From Aliarcobacter sp. (GTDB lineage: Bacteria; Campylobacterota; Campylobacteria; Campylobacterales; Arcobacteraceae), in NCBI GenBank assembly GCA_028703945.1, contig JAQVLW010000008.1, positions 7,288-71,287 on the forward strand: a stretch of DNA of 64,000 nt, read 5' to 3'. Numbering within the stretch: the stretch's first letter is position 1; each line of letters starts with the position of its first letter. Of the stretch, positions 50,723-59,372 are shown piece after piece. The notes beneath the pieces were generated by a model, which had not been told where the DNA came from, ran no database searches, and was given only the letters and a program-made list of their open reading frames with translations. The translations under genes were made by a program, and so were the position numbers.

Positions 50723-51859
50723 TTATCCTTTCAAAAGTTGTTGTAATAAGAAAATCCTAAATAAATCAATATCTTTACTTGTATTTTGTATATCCATTAT
50801 ATTTCGAATATATCCATCGTCAGCAAAATCATATTTACCCTTTTGCCAATCAATTTTATCTTTAATAGGTTCTAAATATTTCTCAAAATCTGAGATAATA
50901 TATGACCCCTCTTCTAAATAATTGGGATTCTTTCTAAGAATCTTTTTATAAATGATATTCTCCATTATATTTGATAATGCCAATATTCCTACTCCATGAG
51001 TTAGCCTTGTTTTAGTAGGTGGTAATTTCCAATCTTTTGGAAAAGTTTTTTCTACTGCCCCCCAAAAAGCATTTAAAAGACTAACCATTGAATCAATGTC
51101 ATTAGTAGCCTTTCCTGTTACAACATTTGATGTAAAATTAAACAAGGTTCCATTCATAAGACTCGCATTTAAAAGCTTTATAATCGTATTGTCTTTTATA
51201 TATCCATCAGGAAAGGTATGTGTCTTTATTGTATGAAAAAAAGGAGAATGTGTTTGAGTATTTAATATGGAGATTAATTTATTTGGTATTAATTTATCTT
51301 TATATGTAGAAGGTAACTCACTATTAACTTCTGGCAACAACTCATATATAAGTGATTTTGCAAGTGGTTTAGTATTATTTATAAGAATAAATTGTTCTCT
51401 TTGTTCATCCGTATTATCTGTTATAAATGCATTAACAACAACCTCAAAATTCTTATTTTGAAGAGTATTCAGAGCTGTTGCTCTTTGTTGTCCATCAACT
51501 ATTTGTCCATATATATTATCTTGAGGAATACAAATATAACCAAAATCATCATTTATTCTTTCATATTTAACATTTGAATCAAAACATACAACTATTGAAT
51601 TTGCAAGTATAGAATTTTCATCTGTAAGATAATTAACTATCTCTTTTATATGTTTTGAAACTTCTATTCTTTGGTACCCTAATAGTCTACCGGTATCATC
51701 TCTTTTTATTCTATCAATTGATGCAAAATTTAGGATATCTTTTCCCATTGCTTTAAATGTATAGACTTCTTTATTATATTGTTTTATTTTTATTGCTGGA
51801 AATTTTAGCATATATTGTATTCCTTTCTTAATTCCTCTAATTCTCTTTGAAATTGCCAT
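50723..51859 (-). CDS. dpdB: DpdB-like DGQHR protein, second copy (likely start 51811)
   Basis: RIKRD...GYQRIEVSKHI, IVDGQQR, EQFILINNTKPL, TRLTHGVG. Confidence 0.75.
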   Translation of the reverse strand: MAISKRIRGIKKGIQYMLKFPAIKIKQYNKEVYTFKAMGKDILNFASIDRIKRDDTGRLLGYQRIEVSKHIKEIVNYLTDENSILANSIVVCFDSNVKYERINDDFGYICIPQDNIYGQIVDGQQRATALNTLQNKNFEVVVNAFITDNTDEQREQFILINNTKPLAKSLIYELLPEVNSELPSTYKDKLIPNKLISILNTQTHSPFFHTIKTHTFPDGYIKDNTIIKLLNASLMNGTLFNFTSNVVTGKATNDIDSMVSLLNAFWGAVEKTFPKDWKLPPTKTRLTHGVGILALSNIMENIIYKKILRKNPNYLEEGSYIISDFEKYLEPIKDKIDWQKGKYDFADDGYIRNIMDIQNTSKDIDLFRIFLLQQLLKG

Positions 51860-53052
51860 AAATTATGAAAACCTCGTCTTCTATTCCGATTTGAATTTCT
51901 AAATATAATTGTTTCTATCTTTACACTTTGACAAATCTCACATTGACATCGTTGCCAATATTTTGAGGAAAGAATATCTCTGTATTTGTCAATAGGTACT
52001 TTATCTCTAAAAAGAATTTCGTAATTTCCTAAATGCATTAGAACATTTTCTAAACTTTCATTCCCCTTATCATAAGAACGAATAGAGTCCAGTGCCTTTT
52101 TTTCTAAAATTTGGGCTATCTTTTGGTCAACAACACCAGAAGAAATTTTTCTTTTTAATGCAGGAGTACTTACTGCTGAGGGTATTCTTATTGCCGTATA
52201 ATATTTAGTTGGAGTAAAATAATTATCTTTACTATCTTTAAATGCTTTGATTAATGGTGATGTTGAATCAAAACTAGTAATTTTATATTTTACAAATCTT
52301 TCAAGTTGTTTTGCTTTTGCAAAACCAAGAAGATGTAATCTTATTTCTAAACCAATTTCTTCTCTTACTGCTTTTACTATTTCTTCACAAGAATCAACAT
52401 CCAAAGGAACCATTCCTCCGATTGCTATATAATCATAACCCATTTCAACAAGTTCTCTTGCAGCTTTTTTCATACTTAATGGGGACCAAGCCTGAATTAC
52501 ACCAATAGGATGAAATTCTACTTTTTGTTTTTTGCATTCTTTTAAAAATTCTCTTGCATTATTTATTGTAATATCATATCTCTTTTGCATCTCTTTTGTA
52601 ACTTGAAACTTATCATCAAAGTCTGAATCAGTATCAAATCTTTTATCATATTGAAATATAATATGATCTACAGACATTCCATAGTCAAACATACATTCTT
52701 CATAATATTTAACGGTTTCATCTACTTTATAAGGAGGTTCATCAAGTTGATGATAACTAAATGCTCCGTTATCTCCAAAAACCTCACCTTCATAATATCG
52801 TAAAAATCGTTTGACCCCCTCCATTTTTAATCGGATGGTTTGTTCTGAAGAATATGCTCTACTAGATGATTTATAAACTCCATCATCTAATAATCCTCTC
52901 GAAATAAGCATACCATCATAAGGTTTCTTTTCAAAAACTTCATGTGGATATTTATCTGTTCTTTGAATTACTCTATTTTTTGAGAACTCATCATTTATAA
53001 AATCGTAATTAGGGTCTATTGTATCTTGACAATCTGCAAATATAAATTTCAT
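51805..53052 (-). CDS. dpdA: DNA 7-deazaguanine transglycosylase DpdA (TGT-like)
   Basis: F.D.QD.IDPNYDF...YPHEVF..PYDGMLIS, GDNGAF, SVDH, LHLLG, SFDSTSP, C.C.IC...RRGFHN. Confidence 0.88.
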   Translation of the reverse strand: MKFIFADCQDTIDPNYDFINDEFSKNRVIQRTDKYPHEVFEKKPYDGMLISRGLLDDGVYKSSSRAYSSEQTIRLKMEGVKRFLRYYEGEVFGDNGAFSYHQLDEPPYKVDETVKYYEECMFDYGMSVDHIIFQYDKRFDTDSDFDDKFQVTKEMQKRYDITINNAREFLKECKKQKVEFHPIGVIQAWSPLSMKKAARELVEMGYDYIAIGGMVPLDVDSCEEIVKAVREEIGLEIRLHLLGFAKAKQLERFVKYKITSFDSTSPLIKAFKDSKDNYFTPTKYYTAIRIPSAVSTPALKRKISSGVVDQKIAQILEKKALDSIRSYDKGNESLENVLMHLGNYEILFRDKVPIDKYRDILSSKYWQRCQCEICQSVKIETIIFRNSNRNRRRGFHNLWQFQRELEELRKEYNIC

Positions 53053-53057
53053 GTTCT

Positions 53058-54236
53058 TTAAATCTCTTTATTAAATTGTCTAATTAAATATGCAGTTAAC
53101 ATTCTTTTATGTCCAGGAGTATTTTGTATTTCTTTCCATTCTAACCCTAATTCTTCCCATGTTCCACTAGACCATCGACAATATGATTTCAATTTAGTTA
53201 ATTCTTTAACCACTCTTATTTCTATTTTTTTATCATGCGGATTAACATTTCTCATAATTGTATCCATCAATGCCCCTATAGCAAATATACCTGTTCCATG
53301 CATGAGCCTGCTTTGATTAGTTGGTTTTCCCCAATCTTCATGAAACACTTTCTTAACTCCATTCCAGTAAATATATATGATTTTTAAAATACTTTCATAA
53401 TCTGTTTCTCCATTATTTGTATTTACATATGGAAATAAGCATCCGGCAGTATTATTTATTGAATTTCTTAAAATCGTAATAATAGAATTATGTGCAATTA
53501 CTGGTTTAAATGTTCCATCATTTTCAATTGATACCTTTTGAATCAAGCCATAAAATGGTGATTTAGGCTCAAAATTTAGTGATTCTGTTATAGATGAAGG
53601 AATTTTCCTCGAATCTAGATCAGAAGGGAACATCCCATTGATTGTTGGCAATAATTCATCAATTAAACCTTTTGGTAGAGGTTTTGTTTTATTTACTCTA
53701 ATAAATTGTTCTCTTTGTATTTCTAAATTATTCGCAATAAAAGCAATAACAGGTATTGGTAAATCTGGTTTATTACATTTATTTAAAGCCAAGGCTCTTT
53801 GTTGTCCATCAACAATCCAAGCTGGTCGGAATCCTTCTTCTTTAAGAGGAATACTTAAAATTCCACTCATAGAATATTTGTCCGAACTTAATTTACTTCC
53901 TCTTGCTTTTGTAAATTTTACTTCGTCGTTAATAGCTAAAAGAATTGAATTAGGAAATAAAATATTATCAGTATTTAAATATTCCAAAATATCATTTATA
54001 TGTTTTTTAACTTCTTTTCTTTGTAATCCATGAAGTTGTCCTTGTTCATCCCTATGAATTCTAGAAATATCAGCAAAAGATAATATATCTTTTGCTGGTA
54101 TAAAAAAACTGTATATTGTTTGACTATTTTGCTTTGTTTCTAAAGCTCTTGTTGTAAAACTATTTTTCATTATAAATACTCTTTTTTCTTTCATTAAATA
54201 ACTTATGAAATCTTTTTTGCTCGCAAGAATAAACAT
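53058..54236 (-). CDS. dpdB: DpdB DGQHR protein (likely start 54170)
   Basis: ISRIHRD...QRKEVKKHI, WIVDGQQR, EQFIRVNKTKPLPKGL, SRLMHGTG; directly upstream of dpdA. Confidence 0.82.
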   Translation of the reverse strand: MFILASKKDFISYLMKEKRVFIMKNSFTTRALETKQNSQTIYSFFIPAKDILSFADISRIHRDEQGQLHGLQRKEVKKHINDILEYLNTDNILFPNSILLAINDEVKFTKARGSKLSSDKYSMSGILSIPLKEEGFRPAWIVDGQQRALALNKCNKPDLPIPVIAFIANNLEIQREQFIRVNKTKPLPKGLIDELLPTINGMFPSDLDSRKIPSSITESLNFEPKSPFYGLIQKVSIENDGTFKPVIAHNSIITILRNSINNTAGCLFPYVNTNNGETDYESILKIIYIYWNGVKKVFHEDWGKPTNQSRLMHGTGIFAIGALMDTIMRNVNPHDKKIEIRVVKELTKLKSYCRWSSGTWEELGLEWKEIQNTPGHKRMLTAYLIRQFNKEI

Positions 54237-55059
54237 TCTTTCTTAACATAAATAGACCTTTTGATGCTGATGAAACTTGTTCTTCTTGAATTTGTTTATC
54301 TATTATTTTTTCCAACTCTCTATTTGAAAGTTGTTTACCTTTCTTAGAAACCTCTATTTCATATTGATTTAAAAATATATTAATATGCTCTTGCAAAACA
54401 TTATGATTTAATTCTAAATTATTTTTAACAATTTCTTTTGATAACCATCTTAGACATCTTTGTCCTAAATTTATTAAAGTTCCTGATTCATATTTATTAA
54501 ATCTAGTATCAAAATTCAGAAAACTTTTACTGAAACTTAAATTATTCTCTTTTGAAACATTAATTATAAAAACTTTATCTCCATATTTATCAATTAAGTC
54601 TTCAATATATTTATTCATAGCATTTAAATATTCTTTAGATAAATAAATTAGTATTACAGAAGCATCTACTAATTTGGATATAGAATATTCATTTATTTTT
54701 TCCCACCACATTTCATTTGGAAAATGTCTGGATACACTATCTAGTTGATTTCTTGAAAAGGTTATTCCATAAGATGAAATGATTTTATTTGAATCAATTA
54801 ATCCATAGCCAGCAGAAGCAATCAGCACTAATGTAGAAAATTTTATATTAAATTCTTTCTCTGTATCTAAAACTGCCTTCCAAGAAACACCTTTATACAA
54901 ATCTCTAGCTTTTAGATTCTTATATTCAGATTTTTCAAGATTCATTTTCCATTCTGAACTTATTTTATCAATAGTATCATTATTATAATTTCTAAATAAA
55001 TGTATCTCATTTGGTAATACTTTTTTACCATTTGTACAATTTGTTATTATATATACCAT
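54160..55059 (-). CDS. dpdC: DpdC-like (YaaA/DUF328-like) protein
   Basis: ARDLYKG...ASAGYGLI...ISSYGITF YaaA-like motifs; first gene of the dpd operon. Confidence 0.65.
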   Translation of the reverse strand: MVYIITNCTNGKKVLPNEIHLFRNYNNDTIDKISSEWKMNLEKSEYKNLKARDLYKGVSWKAVLDTEKEFNIKFSTLVLIASAGYGLIDSNKIISSYGITFSRNQLDSVSRHFPNEMWWEKINEYSISKLVDASVILIYLSKEYLNAMNKYIEDLIDKYGDKVFIINVSKENNLSFSKSFLNFDTRFNKYESGTLINLGQRCLRWLSKEIVKNNLELNHNVLQEHINIFLNQYEIEVSKKGKQLSNRELEKIIDKQIQEEQVSSASKGLFMLRKNVYSCEQKRFHKLFNERKKSIYNEK

Positions 55060-55235
55060 ACTACACTTTCAGTTTTATTTAATGTTATATTATATCTATA
55101 AATGTATTCTATTTTTATTAATTTATGCATCTCATTCCTTTAAATATTTGTATAATCTAACTATTCAATACTCTATTATCATATTATTTTTTACACATGA
55201 TTTTTTATCTTATTATCTTTAAATACAAAATATTG

Positions 55236-55257
55236 TACAATCGTGCAAAAAGAAGGT
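55236..55257 (+). promoter_or_regulatory. Putative outward-facing -10 box (TACAAT) and RBS (AGAAGGT) in the transposon end
   Basis: TACAAT at 55236-55241 resembles GATACAATCG upstream of pyrG; AGAAGGT 9 nt before ATG 55267. Confidence 0.45.
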
Positions 55258-55266
55258 ATTCAACAT

Positions 55267-55323
55267 ATGAAAAATCTATTATCAATTTTTATTGAATATG
55301 ACATAAAACAAAAAGAAGCATAA
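55267..55323 (+). CDS. Hybrid 18-aa mini-ORF (MKNLLSIFIEYDIKQKEA) crossing the right end
   Basis: Starts in the element, in frame with the displaced mnmG tail, stops 1 nt before ATG 55325. Confidence 0.4.
   Translation: MKNLLSIFIEYDIKQKEA
55278..55303 (-). repeat. Transposon opposite end with terminal TnsB-type site
   Basis: rc TGTCATATTCAATAAAAATTGATAAT; a weaker site may lie at 55175-55191. Confidence 0.88.
55304..55308 (+). repeat. Target-site duplication, right copy (TAAAA)
   Basis: Directly follows the terminal ACA; identical to 34601-34605. Confidence 0.9.
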
Positions 55324-55324
55324 T

Positions 55325-56161
55325 ATGCAAGTCTATTTATATGCAAAAAGTGGGCATACAGTTGGACTTGACGCAACAAGAAGATGTGCAGCAATTGCAA
55401 ATGCTTTAAAAGAGTTTGATCCTATTTTATGTACAAGTGACTTTAGAGCAGGAGCCTTTGCAAAAGATTATTTAGGTGTTAAAAAATATGTAAATATTGA
55501 TGTTGTAAGAAATTTACATAATATCATGCAAAGAAGAGATATTTTAATTTATGAAACACCTGAAGTAAATGAAGATATGAGAAAAGACATGAGTGAATTT
55601 TGTACTTTACTTTATGGAATTGGTGAAGAACTAAATGAGATTATTGTTGATAAATCTATTTACATTAAAAATGAAAATCCTACTATTGAAAAAACTATCT
55701 TTTTTGGAGATGACGATTATCATAATCTTCTTTTAGGAATAATTGAAGATTCTAAAAAATATGATATTAATCTTTTAATGGGTCACTATTTCTTTTTAGG
55801 GAATGAAAAAATATTTGTTAATCATTTTTCAAATATTATTGATGAAGAAGAGTATGTTCAAACAATACAAAATTCAAAATACCTATTAACCGCATCTCTT
55901 CAAACAGCTCTTGAATCTCTTTCTTGCGGTAATAAACCAGTATTATTTAAAAGGATTGATAAAAGCTATGATGAAGAATTAATTAAAAAATTAAATCTTC
56001 CTCTTATTCAATCAGACAATTTAGAAGAATTGATAAACCAATTTGAATTAATCATAAAAGATTATCCTATTATCACAAATTTTAAATGTACAGATTTTAA
56101 AATTATCAGCTCAGAAATAAAAGAAAAAATTGAATTATTTAATAAACTAGTAAAGATATAG
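55325..56161 (+). CDS. Conserved hypothetical protein, glycosyltransferase-B-like (tentative)
   Basis: 278 aa; N-terminal SGHTVGL resembles the PseG/GT28-type G-x-GH region; originally 1 nt downstream of mnmG. Confidence 0.55.
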   Translation: MQVYLYAKSGHTVGLDATRRCAAIANALKEFDPILCTSDFRAGAFAKDYLGVKKYVNIDVVRNLHNIMQRRDILIYETPEVNEDMRKDMSEFCTLLYGIGEELNEIIVDKSIYIKNENPTIEKTIFFGDDDYHNLLLGIIEDSKKYDINLLMGHYFFLGNEKIFVNHFSNIIDEEEYVQTIQNSKYLLTASLQTALESLSCGNKPVLFKRIDKSYDEELIKKLNLPLIQSDNLEELINQFELIIKDYPIITNFKCTDFKIISSEIKEKIELFNKLVKI

Positions 56162-56259
56162 TACTTAATGAATATTTATATATAAGTAAATCTTATGATT
56201 TATTATGCAAATTATAAGGTTGCTTTATATAAAATTAAAAAAATTATGAAGGTTTTATA

Positions 56260-57645
56260 ATGGATAAAGAAAATGAATTTTTAAAAAAAACTCCTTACAG
56301 ATATAAAAGATATATTGGTTACTTAATAGCTAGTATTGTTGCATTAAGTTTACCCTTTATTAAAATTAATGGAAATCACATTTTTCTATTATCTTTTGAT
56401 AAAAAGCAGCTACATTTATTAGGAACTGCATTTGATATGCAAGAACTTTATTTGATGCCATTTTTATTAATGCTTTTATTTTTAGGAATTTTTGCTGCTA
56501 CTTCACTTGGAGGAAGAGCATGGTGTGGTTGGACTTGTCCCCAAACAATTTTTAGGGTAATTTATAGAGATTTAATTGAATCAACACTTTTAGGCTTAAG
56601 AAGAATCAAAAATAAACAAAAAGATCCTGATTTATCAAAAGCAGAAAATAAAACAAAAAAAGTTATTGGATTAATCCTTTGGACATGTTTATCAATTATT
56701 GCTGCATCTAACTTTTTATGGTTTTTTGTTCCTCCTGAAGATTTTTTTGCTTATTTGCAAGATCCAGCAGAACATCTATTTTTAATTGGATTTGTTTTAG
56801 CAATTGCAGCATTTTTGGTTTATGATATAGTATTTTTAAAAGAAGATTTTTGTATTTATATCTGTCCTTATTCAAGGGTTCAATCTGTTTTATATGATAA
56901 TGACACATATCAAGCGATTTACTCTACAAATAGAGGTGGAACAATTTATAATGATCATCATGAAAAAATTATTTTTAAAGTAAAAGATTTACCAGAACCT
57001 ACAAATGAATGTACTACATGTGAATCTTGTGTAACAGTTTGCCCTACTCATATTGATATTAGAAAAGGTTTACAACTTGAATGCATAAACTGCCTAGAGT
57101 GTGTAGATGCATGTACAACAGTAATGGGGAAATTAGGGAAACCTTCTTTAGTTCAATGGTCAAGTACAAATCAAATTAAAAATAATATTCCTACAAAAAT
57201 AATTAGAAAATCATCTATTATGTATTTTGTTGCTTTAGTTGTTGTAATTGGATTATTATTTGTAATGGGTGGAGAAAAAGAGTATATGCTTTTAAATATT
57301 AATAAAACTACACAGCTTTATAAAGTAAAAGAGAATAATCTTGTTACTAATAATTATGTTTTATTATTTCAAAATACAGAATCAAAAGTTATGACTTATG
57401 AGTTAGAAATTGTTGATAATCCAGATATTAAAATTACAAGATTTGAATCATTTAGTTTAAGTCCTGGAAAACTTGCAAAAAAAGTAATAATTTTAGAAAC
57501 TGACAAAATTTTAGTCAATGATAACACTAAAGATACACCTATAACGGTTACCTTAAAAGCCTTTGCAAAAGAGGACCCAACAAAAGTTGTAGTATTCAGA
57601 AAAGCCGTATTTATCTATCCTAGATTAGATAAATTACAACAATAA
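56260..57645 (+). CDS. ccoG: Cytochrome c oxidase accessory protein CcoG
   Basis: GRAWCGWTCPQT, FCIYICPY, CTTCESCVTVCP, CINCLECVDAC. Confidence 0.94.
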   Translation: MDKENEFLKKTPYRYKRYIGYLIASIVALSLPFIKINGNHIFLLSFDKKQLHLLGTAFDMQELYLMPFLLMLLFLGIFAATSLGGRAWCGWTCPQTIFRVIYRDLIESTLLGLRRIKNKQKDPDLSKAENKTKKVIGLILWTCLSIIAASNFLWFFVPPEDFFAYLQDPAEHLFLIGFVLAIAAFLVYDIVFLKEDFCIYICPYSRVQSVLYDNDTYQAIYSTNRGGTIYNDHHEKIIFKVKDLPEPTNECTTCESCVTVCPTHIDIRKGLQLECINCLECVDACTTVMGKLGKPSLVQWSSTNQIKNNIPTKIIRKSSIMYFVALVVVIGLLFVMGGEKEYMLLNINKTTQLYKVKENNLVTNNYVLLFQNTESKVMTYELEIVDNPDIKITRFESFSLSPGKLAKKVIILETDKILVNDNTKDTPITVTLKAFAKEDPTKVVVFRKAVFIYPRLDKLQQ

Positions 57646-57648
57646 AAC

Positions 57649-57674
57649 CTAGATAAGAGAAATCTCTTATCTAG
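57649..57674. terminator. Intrinsic terminator hairpin after ccoG
   Basis: CTAGATAAGAGA-AA-TCTCTTATCTAG inverted repeat. Confidence 0.6.
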
Positions 57675-57755
57675 CCTAACTTAACTTACTTATCAACAAA
57701 ACTTAGATACAATCGCGATTATATATTTAACAACTATTTTTATGGAGTATTTTTA

Positions 57756-59372
57756 ATGACAAAATTCATTTTTGTAACAGGTGGAGTTCTTAGTTCACTA
57801 GGAAAAGGTATAACTTCTGCTTCTATTGCAACAATATTAAAACAATCAGGCTTTAAAGTGAGTATGCTGAAAATCGACCCTTACTTAAATGTAGATCCAG
57901 GAACTATGAGTCCATTGGAACATGGGGAAGTTTTTGTTACAGCAGACGGTGCTGAAACAGACTTAGATTTAGGAAATTATGAAAGATTTATTGATAAAAC
58001 TTTAACTAAAAAAAATAGTTTTACAACTGGACAAGTTTATCAAAGTGTAATTAAAAGAGAAAGAGAAGGTGGTTACTTAGGAAAAACTATTCAAGTGATT
58101 CCTCATGTAGTTGATGAAATAAAAGAAAGAATTTATGCTGCAACTGAAGATAATGATTTTTTAATTATTGAGCTTGGTGGAACTGTTGGAGATATTGAAG
58201 GTTTACCATTTATGGAAGCGATTAGATCAATTAGACATGAACTTCCAAAAACAAATACTATGAATATCCACTTAAGTTTAGTACCTTATATTAAAGCAGC
58301 TGGTGAACTTAAAACTAAACCAACGCAACACTCGGTTCAAGAGTTAAGAAGAATTGGTATTACACCTCATATGTTAGTTTGTAGAACTGAAAGAGAACTT
58401 CCAAAAGCTTTAAAAGATAAATTAGCATTAGCTTGTGATATTGATAGAAATGCAGTTATTGAAGCTGGAGATGCGCAATCTATTTACCAAGTTCCTTTAC
58501 AGTTTATTAAAGAAGGGATTTTAACTCCTTTATCTGAACATTTTAATATTAAGATTAAACCAAACATGGAAAAATGGGATACTTTAGTTAAAAATATTTT
58601 ACTTCCTCAAGGTGAAGTTACAATTGCATTTGTTGGAAAATATTTAGATTTAAAAGAGTCATATAAATCACTAATTGAAGCACTTATTCATGCAGGTGCG
58701 CATTTAAGTACTAAGGTAAATATTCATTGGTGCGATAGTGAAAGAATAGAAGATGTTGGAGCTTATGATATTATTGGAAATTCTGATGCTATTTTAGTTG
58801 CTGGTGGATTTGGACAAAGAGGTGTTAATGGAAAATTAGCGGCCATAAAATATGCAAGAGAAAATAAAATTCCATATTTAGGTATTTGTTTAGGAATGCA
58901 ATTAGCAATTATTGAATTTGCAAAAAATGTACTTGGTCTTGAAGATGCAAACTCTATTGAATTTGATCCAAATACAAAAAATCCTTTGATTTATTTAATT
59001 GATGAATTTATTGACCAAAGTGGAAATAAACAAATTAGAACGCATGAATCACCAATGGGTGGAACAATGAGATTAGGTGAGTATCCATTTGAACCATTAA
59101 AAGGAACTCATTTACAAAAAGCTTATGGAAACAATGAAATCTATTATGAAAGACATAGACATAGATATGAAGCAAATCCAAAATATAAACAAGTATTAGA
59201 AGATGCTGGAATGATTATTTCTGGGCAGTCTAATGGATTAATTGAAGCTATTGAATTAAAAGATCATCCTTGGTTTGTTGGAGTTCAATTCCATCCAGAA
59301 TTTACATCACATTTAGAAACACCAAATCCTATTATTTTAGAGTTTGTAAGACAAGCAACTAAAAATAAATAA
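57756..59372 (+). CDS. pyrG: CTP synthase
   Basis: [32 protein letters not shown]. Confidence 0.98.
   Translation: MTKFIFVTGGVLSSLGKGITSASIATILKQSGFKVSMLKIDPYLNVDPGTMSPLEHGEVFVTADGAETDLDLGNYERFIDKTLTKKNSFTTGQVYQSVIKREREGGYLGKTIQVIPHVVDEIKERIYAATEDNDFLIIELGGTVGDIEGLPFMEAIRSIRHELPKTNTMNIHLSLVPYIKAAGELKTKPTQHSVQELRRIGITPHMLVCRTERELPKALKDKLALACDIDRNAVIEAGDAQSIYQVPLQFIKEGILTPLSEHFNIKIKPNMEKWDTLVKNILLPQGEVTIAFVGKYLDLKESYKSLIEALIHAGAHLSTKVNIHWCDSERIEDVGAYDIIGNSDAILVAGGFGQRGVNGKLAAIKYARENKIPYLGICLGMQLAIIEFAKNVLGLEDANSIEFDPNTKNPLIYLIDEFIDQSGNKQIRTHESPMGGTMRLGEYPFEPLKGTHLQKAYGNNEIYYERHRHRYEANPKYKQVLEDAGMIISGQSNGLIEAIELKDHPWFVGVQFHPEFTSHLETPNPIILEFVRQATKNK

Larger units (their letters stand above)
34606..55303. 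mobile_element. Complete Tn7-like transposon (20,698 bp) inserted in the mnmG 3' end
   Basis: Inverted ends TGTCAGAAGCAATAAAAATTGATAAT and (rc) TGTCATATTCAATAAAAATTGATAAT; 5-bp TSD; intact tnsABC-tniQ; removing the element restores mnmG ...AAA CAA AAA GAA GCA TAA 1 nt before the next ATG. Confidence 0.93.

Noticed and set aside
51805-53052. Housekeeping tRNA-guanine transglycosylase (tgt)
   Set aside because: N-terminal QD.IDP.YDF and YDGMLIS signature and the dpdB/dpdC context match DNA-acting DpdA
44950-54236. Phosphorothioate dnd cluster
   Set aside because: DndB-like proteins are present but there is no dndA/C/D/E or sspBCD; TGT-like DpdA and QueC point to deazaguanine chemistry
34606-55303. 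CRISPR-associated transposon (CAST)
   Set aside because: No cas6/7/8/5 or cas12k-like ORF and no repeat-spacer array seen; the only repeats are TnsB sites and a 9-mer
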